A stretch of DNA of 64,000 bases. It comes from Pseudomonadota bacterium. GTDB lineage: Bacteria > Pseudomonadota > Alphaproteobacteria > Caulobacterales > Parvularculaceae. The notes beneath the pieces were generated by a model. The model worked only from the letters and a program-made list of their open reading frames with translations, did not search any database and had not been told where the DNA came from. A program made the position numbers and the translations under genes. Each line of letters starts with the position of its first letter. Within the stretch, counting starts at the first letter, position 1. Positions 1-9,606 of the stretch are shown here, piece by piece. The stretch is from the NCBI GenBank assembly GCA_049324555.1, contig JBMOOR010000157.1:23563-87562 (forward strand), read 5' to 3'.

Positions 1-846
1 CCTAAAATGATATTCGGGAACAAGGTAGTCGATGGCGGCCATCTGAGAATGAACCATGATGATTTAGACAGGCTTGGCATTTCCAGCGAGACAAAGCAAA
101 AAATCATCAGGCGGATTTACGGATCGGCGGATTTTATCCGAGGAGAGATCGTATATTGCCTATGGATTGAGGATGAAAATCTACCTGAAGCCGTAAGCTA
201 TCCAGCGGTCTCCGATCGCATAGACGCTGTGAGGGCACTCCGGCTCGCGAGCCCGGACAAGAGTGCCAACCAGATGGCTCATCGCGCCCATCAGTTTCGT
301 GAGATGAGACATTCTCAAAATTACACCATTGTTCTCCCGAGAATTACATCGGAGAATCGTGAGTTTCTGCCTGTTGGGATTATCGACTCTGACGGCGTGG
401 TCAGTAGTCAAAGTTTTGCTCTTTACGATGAGCCGATCTGGCTGTTGTCAATCATCTCGTCACGCTTGCATATAACGTGGATCGCGACTGTGTGCGGAAG
501 AACACGGACCGATTTTGCGTACTCCAACACCCTTGGCTGGAACACGTTTCCCGTTCCAACGCTCACCGAAAAGAATAAGGCCGACATGGCCCGCTGCGCC
601 GAGGACATCCTGTTGGCGCGCGAGGCGCACTTCCCGGCGACCATCGCCGACCTCTACGATCCCGACAAAATGCCCGTCGATCTGCGCGACGCCCACGAGC
701 GCAACGACGAGGTTCTTGAGCGCATCTACATCGGCCGACGGTTCCGCAATGACACCGAGCGGCTGGAAAAGCTGTTCGAGCTTTACACCAAGATGACCGC
801 CGGACAGGGCGCAACGAAGAAACGCAAGGCGGAGGCGCGCGCATGA
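1..846 (+). CDS. MmeI-like (type IIL/IIG) DNA methyltransferase/RM protein, YeeA/DnmA-like, C-terminal part (5' truncated by window)
   Basis: Frame open from base 1. Motifs PRITSENREFLPVG, YSNTLGWNTFPVP and HFPATIADLYDPDKMP..L..AH..ND resemble the MmeI target-recognition and C-terminal domains; ATGA overlap with next gene. Confidence 0.8.
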   Translation, partial: PKMIFGNKVVDGGHLRMNHDDLDRLGISSETKQKIIRRIYGSADFIRGEIVYCLWIEDENLPEAVSYPAVSDRIDAVRALRLASPDKSANQMAHRAHQFREMRHSQNYTIVLPRITSENREFLPVGIIDSDGVVSSQSFALYDEPIWLLSIISSRLHITWIATVCGRTRTDFAYSNTLGWNTFPVPTLTEKNKADMARCAEDILLAREAHFPATIADLYDPDKMPVDLRDAHERNDEVLERIYIGRRFRNDTERLEKLFELYTKMTAGQGATKKRKAEARA

Positions 847-2906
847 CCGACGAGAAGAAGGCCATCCCCTCCGTCTCCGTTACCTACGCCCGCAACGGCA
901 GTTCGACCAAGGCCAATGCTCTCGGCATGAGGCCGATGCAGGAGCGCGCCTACGAGAAGCGGGGCGAGCAATATCTTCTCATCAAGTCGCCGCCAGCGTC
1001 GGGCAAGAGCCGCGCGCTCATGTTCGTCGCCCTCGACAAGCTCCACAATCAGGGGCTCAAACAGGCGATCATCGTGGTGCCGGAAAAGTCCATCGGCGCG
1101 AGCTTCAATGACGAGCCGTTGTCTCGCTTCGGCTTCTGGACCGACTGGATCGTCGCGCCGAAATGGAACCTCTGCAACGCCCCCGGCTCGGACAACGGCG
1201 GCAAGGTCAATTCGGTCGAGGCGTTCCTGAAGAGCGACGACAAGGTGCTGGTCTGCACCCACGCCACCTTCCGCTTCGCCGTGGACAGATTCGGCGTAGA
1301 AGCCTTCGACGACCGGCTGATCGCCGTGGACGAGTTCCATCACGTCTCCGCCAATCCCGACAACAAGCTCGGCCTGCATCTTGGGGCATTCATCGCCCGC
1401 GACCGCGTACATATCGTGGCCATGACGGGTTCCTATTTCCGGGGCGACGCCGAAGCCGTGCTCGCCCCGCAGGACGAGTCGAAGTTCGATACCGTCACTT
1501 ACACCTACTACGAGCAGCTCAACGGCTATGAATACCTGAAGCAGCTCGACATCGGCTATTTCTTCTATTCGGGTTCCTACGCCGACGACATCCTCAACGT
1601 GCTCGATCCGGCCGAGAAGACGATCATTCATATCCCTTCCGTCAATTCGCGCGAAAGCACGAAGGACAAGATCAGGGAGGTCGAGCACATCATCGAGGAG
1701 CTGGGCGAGTGGCAGGGGGCCGATCCCACCACCGGCTTCCAGCTTGTCAGGACACCGGACGGCCGCGTCCTGCGCATCGCCGACCTGGTGGATGATGATC
1801 CCGCCAAGCGCGACGGCGTTTCCGCCGCGCTGAAAGACCCGGCGCAGAAGCACAACCGCGACCATGTGGACATCATCATCGCGCTCGGCATGGCGAAGGA
1901 AGGCTTCGACTGGATTTGGTGCGAGCACGCGCTGACGGTCGGCTATCGGTCGAGCCTTACCGAGATCGTGCAGATCATCGGCCGCGCCACCCGCGACGCG
2001 CCGGGCAAGCTGCGCGCCCGCTTCACCAACCTGATCGCCGAGCCGGACGCCTCCGAGGAAGCCGTCACCGAGGCGGTCAACGACACATTGAAGGCCATTG
2101 CGGCCAGCCTTCTCATGGAGCAGGTGCTTGCGCCACGCTTCGAGTTCAAGCCGAAGAATCCGCAGAGCGGCCCGACGCCGGGCTTCGACTATGGCGTGGA
2201 CGGCTACGACCCAAACAAGACCAATGTCGGCTTCAATGAGGAGACGGGGCAGTTCCAGATCGAGATCAAGGGTCTTGTCGCGCCGAAGAGCGAGGAAGCG
2301 CAGCGCATCTGCCAGCAGGACTTGAACGAGGTCATCGCCGCCTTCGTGCAGGATAAGACGACGATCGAACGTGGGCTCTTCGATTCCGAGCTGGTGCCGG
2401 AGGAGCTGACCCAACTTCGCATGGGCAAGATCATCAAGGACAAGTTCCCCGAGCTGGACGAGGAGGATCAGGAGGCGGTGCGCCAGCACGCTGTTGCCGC
2501 GCTCAACCTCACGCAGAAGGCCAAGGAAGTCGCCTTGGGCGGAACCGAGGGCGACGGCGAGAAGAGCCCGAACACCGCCTTCATTGAGGGGGTCCGCAAG
2601 TTCGCAATGGATGTCCGCGACTTGGACATCGACCTGATCGACCGCATCAACCCCTTCGGAGAAGCCTATGCCATCCTCGCCAAGACGATGAGCGAGGAGA
2701 GCCTGAAGCAAGTCGCCGCTGTGATCGGGGCCAAACGTGTCAACCTCACCATTGAGGAAGCGCGCGAGCTTGCCAAGCGGGCCTTGAAGTTCAAGCAGGA
2801 GCGTGGCCGGCTGCCCTCGATCACCTCGCCTGACGCCTGGGAAAAGCGCATGGCCGAGGGCGTGGCCTTCCTTCAACGCATGAAGGCGGAGGCGGAGCGT
2901 GGCTAA
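843..2906 (+). CDS. SF2 DEAD/DEAH-box helicase, YeeB-like
   Basis: Walker A SPPASGKS, motif II DEFHH, motif III TGS, motif VI QIIGRATR; 687 aa. Confidence 0.85.
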   Translation: MTDEKKAIPSVSVTYARNGSSTKANALGMRPMQERAYEKRGEQYLLIKSPPASGKSRALMFVALDKLHNQGLKQAIIVVPEKSIGASFNDEPLSRFGFWTDWIVAPKWNLCNAPGSDNGGKVNSVEAFLKSDDKVLVCTHATFRFAVDRFGVEAFDDRLIAVDEFHHVSANPDNKLGLHLGAFIARDRVHIVAMTGSYFRGDAEAVLAPQDESKFDTVTYTYYEQLNGYEYLKQLDIGYFFYSGSYADDILNVLDPAEKTIIHIPSVNSRESTKDKIREVEHIIEELGEWQGADPTTGFQLVRTPDGRVLRIADLVDDDPAKRDGVSAALKDPAQKHNRDHVDIIIALGMAKEGFDWIWCEHALTVGYRSSLTEIVQIIGRATRDAPGKLRARFTNLIAEPDASEEAVTEAVNDTLKAIAASLLMEQVLAPRFEFKPKNPQSGPTPGFDYGVDGYDPNKTNVGFNEETGQFQIEIKGLVAPKSEEAQRICQQDLNEVIAAFVQDKTTIERGLFDSELVPEELTQLRMGKIIKDKFPELDEEDQEAVRQHAVAALNLTQKAKEVALGGTEGDGEKSPNTAFIEGVRKFAMDVRDLDIDLIDRINPFGEAYAILAKTMSEESLKQVAAVIGAKRVNLTIEEARELAKRALKFKQERGRLPSITSPDAWEKRMAEGVAFLQRMKAEAERG

Positions 2907-4092
2907 AGGCTTCACCGACGAGGATGACGCACTTCTCGAAGAGCTTGGTGTCGAGGTCGAGACGAAGAAGGAGTCGAGCCGGACGCCGCGGGAAGAGCGC
3001 GTCATCGCCAACTTCGAGGAGATTCAGCGTTTCGTCGAGAAGCACGGCCGCCCTCCGCAGCACGGCGAGGACCGTGACATCTTCGAGCGCCTTTATGCCG
3101 TGCGCCTCGATCGCCTGCGCGCGCAGGCCGATTGCCACAGCTTGCTCGCTGCCCTCGATCACCAAGGGATTCTCGCCGGCGCGGAACCTGTCCCCGTCAG
3201 CGCGGCCGACGAACTCGACGATGATGAGCTACTGGCGCAGCTTGGGGTGGACGCGGAGCCGACCGACATCACGGAACTCCGACACGTCCGGTCAGCAGCG
3301 GAGAAGCGCGCGGCCGAGGAAATCGCCAATCGCCAGACATGCGAGGATTTTGACCAGTTCAAACCGCTGTTCGAGCAGGTGCAGAAGGAACTGAGCGCCG
3401 GCCTGCGGCAGACTCGGCGCTTCGAGCGCAAGTCCGAGATCGCGCCCGGCCGCTTCTATATTCTTGGCGGTCAGAAAGCCTATGTCGCGTCAATGGAGCA
3501 ACCGAGCGTTAATGAGCACGGCAATATAGACGCCCGGCTTCGCGTAATCTTCGACAATGGCACCGAGAGCAATCTTCTCATGCGGTCGCTTCAAAAGGCG
3601 CTGCAACAAGACCCGGCCGGACGGCGGATCGTCGAGCCTTCGGCCGGCCCACTCTTCGCCGATCACAATGAGGAAGGCGACGAGGCCAGCGGCATCGTCT
3701 ATGTGCTACGGAGCAAATCCGATCATCCGGCCGTCGCGGCTCACCGCGACGTGCTGCACAAAATTGGCGTGACCGGCGGCGATATTGCTCGTCGCCTGGC
3801 CAATGCGAAGCTCGATCCGACCTTTCTCATGGCAGAAGTCGAAGTCGTCGCCACCTACGAGCTGTTCAACATCAACCGCACCCGGCTGGAGAACCTGATC
3901 CATAGGATCTTCGGCGCCGCCCGTCTCGACATCGAGATCAAGGACCGTTTTGGCCAGCCGGTCATCCCGCGCGAATGGTTTCTGGTACCCCTGTTCGTGG
4001 TCGATGAGGCCATTGAGAAGATCAGGAACGGAACGATCACCGGCTACACTTACGACCCGAAAACCGCCTCGCTCACACGCGCAGCGCAATAA
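2899..4092 (+). CDS. GIY-YIG/T5orf172 domain nuclease, YeeC-like
   Basis: C-terminal GIVYVLRS...HKIGVT...RRLANA...RLENLIHRIF...PREWF pattern of T5orf172; GTG start overlaps yeeB stop. Confidence 0.8.
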   Translation: MAKGFTDEDDALLEELGVEVETKKESSRTPREERVIANFEEIQRFVEKHGRPPQHGEDRDIFERLYAVRLDRLRAQADCHSLLAALDHQGILAGAEPVPVSAADELDDDELLAQLGVDAEPTDITELRHVRSAAEKRAAEEIANRQTCEDFDQFKPLFEQVQKELSAGLRQTRRFERKSEIAPGRFYILGGQKAYVASMEQPSVNEHGNIDARLRVIFDNGTESNLLMRSLQKALQQDPAGRRIVEPSAGPLFADHNEEGDEASGIVYVLRSKSDHPAVAAHRDVLHKIGVTGGDIARRLANAKLDPTFLMAEVEVVATYELFNINRTRLENLIHRIFGAARLDIEIKDRFGQPVIPREWFLVPLFVVDEAIEKIRNGTITGYTYDPKTASLTRAAQ

Positions 4093-4166
4093 CAGCCTCA
4101 GTGTTCGCATGTCCGACAACATTGCGGCGATCAGGACGCTGACTTCAGATCTCACAGCTCCGCACA

Positions 4167-4458
4167 TCCTGATCGGCTCCTTGTGCCCGGCTCCCGCTGA
4201 CGCTCCCGCCGCGCCCGCTCGCTAAGGGCTCTGCCCTCGCGCGGGCAAGGGATCGCTGACGCTCGGCCAGGGCGGTCTCCCCGACCTTCCGCGCGGATGC
4301 GACTTTGGGCACCCAACAACTCCAGAAATCCGCTTGTGCAGGCCGGGTGATCCCCCTCCGCCCCGGCCGCCCTTGCCCTTGCTACCCCGGTCTCGCCGAC
4401 GGGCAGGGCTGCAGCGCAGCGCTGCGCTGCAACCCAAGCCCATAGGAGAAAGACCATG
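4167..4458 (+). repeat. ~290-bp structured leader repeat, copy 1 (ends at ParB-like ATG)
   Basis: Aligns with 11264-11557 from TCCTGATC through GCTAAGGGCT..., GGGTGATCCCCCTCCG..., and TGCAGCGCAGCGCTGCGCTGCAACCCAAGCCCATAGGAGAAAGACC to the ATG. Confidence 0.95.
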
Positions 4459-6519
4459 ACCACGAAAGCGAATGCCACCCCCGTCATCGAGAATGGCGCG
4501 ACGGTTTTCATCCCGCTCAACAAGCTCAAAAAGCATCCGAAGAACGCCCGGAAGACTCCGCACAGCGAGGCGTCCATCGAGGCGAAGGCGGCGAGCATCG
4601 CCGTTAAGGGTATCCTGCAAAACCTTGTGGTGGAGCCGGAGCTTGACGCCGAAGGCCAGCCGACCGGCTTCTATCTTGTCAGCATCGGTGAAGGCCGCAG
4701 ACTGGCGCAGCTTCTCCGCGCGAAGCGGAAGGAGATCAAGAAGACCGAGCCGATCCGCTGCGTCATCGACACGGAGAACGACGCCGCCGAGATCAGCCTT
4801 GACGAGAACGTGACCCGCGAAGACTTGCACCCCGCAGACCAGTTCGAGCGCTTCCGCGAGCTTGCGGAAGATCGCGGATGGGGCGCGGAGGAAATCGCGG
4901 CCCGCTTTGGCATGACCGCGCATGTGGTGAAGCAGCGGCTGCGTCTCGGCGCTGTCAGCCCCAAGCTGCTTCAGGTCTATCGCGATGGCGGCTTGACCCT
5001 CGACCAGTTGATGGCGTTCGCCATCACCGAGGATCATGCCCGGCAGGAGCAGGTCTATGAAAACCTCTCCTATAATAGAGAGCCGCGCCTCATCCGCCAC
5101 GACCTCATGAAGTCCAATGTGGCGGCGATGGATCGGCGCGCAATCTTCGTCGGCTCGGAAGCCTACGCGGAAGCTGGCGGCGTCATCCTCCGCGATCTGT
5201 TCACGGAGGATCGCGGCGGCTTCTACGAGGATGCCGCGTTGCTGGACCGGCTTGTCATCGAGAAACTGGAGCGGATCGCCGCCGAGGTTCAGGCGGAAGG
5301 CTGGAAGTGGGTTTCTGTCAATATCGACTACCCCCATGCCCACGGCCTGCGCCGCGCTTATCCGCGTCCGGTGGAGCTTTCCGAGGAAGACGCCGCCGCA
5401 TACGACGCCGCGCAGGAGGAATATGACCGCCTGTCGTCGGAATACGAAAGCGCGGAGGAACTGCCCCACGATGTGGACCAGCGCTTCGGAGAGCTTGAAG
5501 CGGAGATTGAGCGCATCGACGCCAAGCGCCATGCTTACGATCCCGACGAGCTCGCGCGCGGCGGCGCTTTCGTGGTCCTGAACCATGACGGGACCGCCCG
5601 CGTGGAGCGCGGTTTCATCCGCCCGGAGGACGAGAAGCCGGAGCCGGAGGAAGCCGAGGGCGGCGAAGCCATCATCGACGGCGTGCGCGTCAATGGCGAT
5701 GGCGGGATCATCGAGGGTGGCGACTATGACGAGGACGGGAGCCATGTTTCGGCGCTCGACACCGAGGACGAAGTAGCGGAGGACGACGGCAAGCCGCTGT
5801 CGGACCTTCTCATCCGCGACCTGACCGCTCACCGGACGCTTGGCCTTCGCCTTGCGCTTGGCGAGCAGCCGGACATGGCCTTGATCGCCGTCACGCATGC
5901 GCTCGCCGCACAGACCTTCTATCGCGGCGCGGATGCGGCCTGCCTCGAAATCCGTCCCACCAGTCCGCACCTTGGCGGACATGCGGACGGCATCGAGGAC
6001 ACGGCGGCAGGCAAGGCGCTGGCGGATCGTCACGCCGGATGGGCGGCGGACATGCCGCGCGACGTGGCGGACCTGTGGGGCTTCATCGCCGGGCTGGATC
6101 AGGCGAGCGTCATGGCGCTGTTCGCGCATTGCGCTTCGCTGACCGTCAACGCGGTGAAGCAGCCTTGGGAGCGGAAGCCTCGCGCGCACGAAACGGCGGA
6201 CAGGCTGGCGACGGCGCTCGCTCTCGACATGACGGCGCATTGGATGCCGACCGCACGGACCTATCTCGGCCGCGTGACCAAGGCGCACATTCTCGCCGCT
6301 GTACGCGAAGCCGTCAGCGACGAGGCGGCGGATCGCATCGCCAGCATGAAGAAGCAGCCGATGGCGGAAGCCGGTGAGCAGCTTCTTGCCGGGACCGGCT
6401 GGCTGCCGTCCCTCATGCGGACGCCCGAACCCGCATGGCTGACTGACGCCCACACCGCTGATGTCGAGGATGCGTCAGATGCGGAGAATGCCGACACCTT
6501 CTCCGTCGCGGCGGAATGA
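4456..6519 (+). CDS. ParB/Spo0J-like N-terminal domain protein of ICE/plasmid leading regions
   Basis: IPLNKLKKHPKNARK, GILQNLVV, GEGRRLA, ENVTREDLHPADQFERF; RBS AGGAGA; 687 aa. Confidence 0.85.
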   Translation: MTTKANATPVIENGATVFIPLNKLKKHPKNARKTPHSEASIEAKAASIAVKGILQNLVVEPELDAEGQPTGFYLVSIGEGRRLAQLLRAKRKEIKKTEPIRCVIDTENDAAEISLDENVTREDLHPADQFERFRELAEDRGWGAEEIAARFGMTAHVVKQRLRLGAVSPKLLQVYRDGGLTLDQLMAFAITEDHARQEQVYENLSYNREPRLIRHDLMKSNVAAMDRRAIFVGSEAYAEAGGVILRDLFTEDRGGFYEDAALLDRLVIEKLERIAAEVQAEGWKWVSVNIDYPHAHGLRRAYPRPVELSEEDAAAYDAAQEEYDRLSSEYESAEELPHDVDQRFGELEAEIERIDAKRHAYDPDELARGGAFVVLNHDGTARVERGFIRPEDEKPEPEEAEGGEAIIDGVRVNGDGGIIEGGDYDEDGSHVSALDTEDEVAEDDGKPLSDLLIRDLTAHRTLGLRLALGEQPDMALIAVTHALAAQTFYRGADAACLEIRPTSPHLGGHADGIEDTAAGKALADRHAGWAADMPRDVADLWGFIAGLDQASVMALFAHCASLTVNAVKQPWERKPRAHETADRLATALALDMTAHWMPTARTYLGRVTKAHILAAVREAVSDEAADRIASMKKQPMAEAGEQLLAGTGWLPSLMRTPEPAWLTDAHTADVEDASDAENADTFSVAAE

Positions 6520-6526
6520 AAGTTGA

Positions 6527-6599
6527 GCCGGGACCGCGCAAGCGGTCCCGGCCTGCCACCGGAAAAATCCGGCCGCGCGGCTTCACCGCGCGGCCGGAT
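6527..6599 (+). terminator. Two GC-rich hairpins after ParB-like gene
   Basis: 11-bp stem 6527-6537/6542-6552 with GCAA loop; 14-bp stem 6567-6580/6586-6599. Confidence 0.6.
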
Positions 6600-6722
6600 G
6601 ACCTCGACTGTCCAAGGGCCGACTGCCGTGTTTCAGGTCGACAGAGAGGCCAAGCATTGGCACGATAGGGGCGACCGAAACACGGGGGCGAAGGACAAGG
6701 AACGGTAAGTAGGAGGACGATC

Positions 6723-7145
6723 ATGATCGCCGTAATGCTTATGAGCGTGGCGCTGATCGCGATCCTCTGTGTCGTCGCCTATAGGCTTGCCGTCTATGCG
6801 CTGCCCCTCATGCTCGGATTGACTGCCGCCCAATTCGCCAATCAAACCGGCTCCGGCCTGATCGGCGCGGGGCTCGTCGGCTTGGTCGCCGCAGGTGTGG
6901 CGTTTGGTATTCTAGCGCTTCTGTTCGACACGCTGCGCCAGCCGATCCTTCGCCTGATCGTGGCGCTAATTTTCGCCGCCCCCGCCGCCGTCGCGGGCTA
7001 CGCGCTCGTTCACGGCGTCACACGCGAGGCCGTGCCCTCGGAGGTCTGGCGGCAGATTTTCTGCATAAGCGGCGGCGCGTTCGTCGGCATATCCGCACTT
7101 TTGCGATTGGCCGCGCCGGTTGATGCCAGACCAATCGGCGCATAG
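6723..7145 (+). CDS. Hydrophobic membrane protein (ICE conserved hypothetical)
   Basis: RBS AGGAGG; about four hydrophobic segments; followed by CCAATCGGC/GCCGATTGG hairpin. Confidence 0.7.
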   Translation: MIAVMLMSVALIAILCVVAYRLAVYALPLMLGLTAAQFANQTGSGLIGAGLVGLVAAGVAFGILALLFDTLRQPILRLIVALIFAAPAAVAGYALVHGVTREAVPSEVWRQIFCISGGAFVGISALLRLAAPVDARPIGA

Positions 7146-7175
7146 CCGATTGGCGCACGACCGCGTGAGTTGGTG

Positions 7176-7565
7176 TCATTTCCGATGATAGGTCAGCGCC
7201 AATGCGATGCAGTGGCGCAGCGCCGCCAGCGGCAAGCGCGAGGTGAGATCAAATAGAAGCGCGCGGTTGCCGATAAACCGAAACTTGTCTGGATAAAGGT
7301 CGCGGAACTGCTGCAGCAGATTCGTCGTGCAGATGAAATACATCGTGACCTCGTTGGGCGCTTTCACCTTCCACCCAAGCCGCACCGTGCTGCCCTTTGT
7401 TGTCCGGTAGGCCGGCTCCCCCCACTTGGGCGATTCCTCTACGTCGCCTGCGTTTGCTCGCTCGGCAGCGTCGAAAATGATCTGCCGCAGACTCAGCAAG
7501 CGCGTGCGCGCCTCCACCGGCATAGCATGCAAGACCGCAGCCACCTCTGAATTGATGGTCTTCAT
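7176..7565 (-). CDS. DUF1801 (YdhG-like) protein
   Basis: RLLSLRQIIFDAA...VEESPKWGEPAY...GSTVRLGWK pattern; 129 aa from ATG at 7565. Confidence 0.75.
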   Translation of the reverse strand: MKTINSEVAAVLHAMPVEARTRLLSLRQIIFDAAERANAGDVEESPKWGEPAYRTTKGSTVRLGWKVKAPNEVTMYFICTTNLLQQFRDLYPDKFRFIGNRALLFDLTSRLPLAALRHCIALALTYHRK

Positions 7566-8372
7566 GTTTCGCCTCCGTGCCGCGAACACATCATCCGCCG
7601 CCGTCAGTTCTTCTACCAGAGTCCTTAAACCCAAATTTGGAGCGTTGCCCTTCGGGCCGCGCTTTCGGCTTCGCCGGCACCACGCCTTCGGCGCGTTTCC
7701 GCCATTCGGCTTCAATCGCTAACGCAAGAGAGGGCGGAGGCGGCCAGCTCGCACGACGTCCCGCCATGTCGGGCTCCATCGAGATTCCGGCCTCTATCGC
7801 CGCGTCGAGATCATGAGGCAGCCTCGCCACCTCGGCCGCGACACGCTCCGGCAGCTTGAACGGGAGCGGCGGGATCGTCGTCGTGACTTAGCGGATCGCA
7901 CCGCATCCCTCATGCCGGCTTCATCGGCGGCGCAACGGTCGCGCCAGTAAAGATGCGAAAGATAGCCGGCACAAATTGTCGTTGACCGGATCATTCCAGC
8001 GAGTCTTGTCAGTGAGGGCGATGGCTTCAACTTGACCGTCGTTGATCCCGCATCGTCGGCTTGGCGCGGAGGCCGACCGTCGCCTGTCGTGCCCATGTCG
8101 ATTTCCATGCTGGCCGCCCATCCGCGCCCTCGATTGGCAGGGGTCTGACCGAAGACCGGCGCCGCTGCGCGTCGCCTCGCTCGTCTTCCCGCAACGACCG
8201 TCGCCAGCTTTTTTCCGCCGCCTTCGGCTTTGCATCGCGAAGCAAAAAAGCCGTCGCCGGCCGCCTTCCACTGAGTTTCAGCCCTGACGGGTGCGGGGCC
8301 GATCGTCCCCGGTCGCACGACCCCCATCGAGGTCGCGATGGGCGCGGCCCGATTGGAAAAAGGAACACGACA

Positions 8373-8687
8373 ATGGCGACCATCGGCACCTTCACCAGCA
8401 CCGACAACGGCTACACCGGCACGGTCAAGACCCTCACTCTCAACGTCAAGACCGTGAAGTTCGTCCCGGCCGAGGGCGACAGCGAACGCGGCCCCGACTT
8501 TCGCATCTTTGCCGGCGCCACCGAGTTCGGCGCCGCCTGGAAGAAGACCGCCCGCGAGACGCAGCGCGAATACCTCTCCGTCAAGCTGGACGATCCGAGC
8601 TTCGCCGCCCCGATTTACACCAGCCTGGTCGCGGCCGAGGACGGCGAGAGCCACAACCTCATCTGGTCCCGCCGCAACGGCGACTGA
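8373..8687 (+). CDS. DUF736 family protein, copy 1
   Basis: MATIGTFT...GTVKTLTL...[16 protein letters not shown]...[16 protein letters not shown]; RBS AAGGAA. Confidence 0.9.
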   Translation: MATIGTFTSTDNGYTGTVKTLTLNVKTVKFVPAEGDSERGPDFRIFAGATEFGAAWKKTARETQREYLSVKLDDPSFAAPIYTSLVAAEDGESHNLIWSRRNGD

Positions 8688-8701
8688 GGCCGGAACCCCA
8701 A

Positions 8702-8729
8702 GAAGCCCCGCTCACCCGAGCGGGGCTTC
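8702..8729 (+). terminator. Hairpin after DUF736
   Basis: 12-bp perfect stem GAAGCCCCGCTC/GAGCGGGGCTTC. Confidence 0.6.
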
Positions 8730-8886
8730 GCCATGCTCATGGCCGCCACCGCCTGTCAGGAAACAAGTCGATAAGAATATCGCGTATTCCATTCAACCGC
8801 TCAGACGGCCGATTCAGGATAACATAGTCGTTGGTTAGAATGCGGCGAGTCGGGCCAGATTGGCCCGAAGCGGACATCGCGGACGG

Positions 8887-9483
8887 TTATATGTTCGACA
8901 CGAACCAGACAATGAACGACGCGACGCCGAGAAGCGCGATCGCGAGCAAAATTCTCACGGACAATGAGTCTCTCGCTGCCACTTGCTTCGGCCATGGCAG
9001 CGTCAAAGCGCGCAGCGCCGCGACGAAGGCCGCCGTCCCTCCAGCAACGCGTATCCAATCCAGCTGCACCCACCGAGACGCCATGCTCGTGGCTTCCGCG
9101 TTCGTCAGCGTCTGCCCTGGTGCACCGCTTGCGTGGCCCCAGAGCGCTGCGTTCATCGGCCAAAAGACGAGGACGGTCAGGACGAGCATGGCAAAGATGC
9201 CGAGCGCTGGAATGCACAAGAGCCACCGATAGGACCACGGCGTGCGCCAACCAGAGAGTAGTGCCCCAAACGATGCGATCAGCAAGGCCGCCGAGGAAGG
9301 AATGAAGAACACGCCGGTATCGACAGGCCAGGCCGTTCCATAAGGTAGCAATGCTAATGATCGGGGTGGGTCAGCGCTCCAAGCGCCGGCGAGGACGATG
9401 AGATCGAAGAGTTTGGCCCCAACAAGCGGCCCCGCAGCGAGGACCGCGAGCCAAAGAAACGCCTTCGTCGCACGCTCCCGCAT
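8887..9483 (-). CDS. DUF1772 (anthrone oxygenase-like) membrane protein
   Basis: Several TM helices; FWPMNAALW and RWVQLDWIRVA pattern; probable start ATG 9483. Confidence 0.65.
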   Translation of the reverse strand: MRERATKAFLWLAVLAAGPLVGAKLFDLIVLAGAWSADPPRSLALLPYGTAWPVDTGVFFIPSSAALLIASFGALLSGWRTPWSYRWLLCIPALGIFAMLVLTVLVFWPMNAALWGHASGAPGQTLTNAEATSMASRWVQLDWIRVAGGTAAFVAALRALTLPWPKQVAARDSLSVRILLAIALLGVASFIVWFVSNI

Positions 9484-9606
9484 CGTCGCGCCAAGCCTCC
9501 TCGAATGAGCCATCCTACAAGCCTCAAGTGTGGCCGTGAAGGGACGAGCGGAAGGTCGCACACAGCGGCCACCGCTTTTTGGTCCCCGTCCGCTATCGGC
9601 GAATGC

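Noticed and set aside
783-6453. Very long minus-strand ORFs (783-3011, 742 aa; 4222-6453, 743 aa) and similar ones such as 13980-15008 and 11480-12766
   Set aside because: Antisense shadows of well-supported plus-strand genes in GC-rich DNA; no motifs
7591-7960. Short minus-strand frames (IPPLPFKLPERVAAEVARLPHDLDAAIEAG) and small hairpins at 7645-7760
   Set aside because: Possibly a gene remnant or leader fragment, but no recognisable family or clear start
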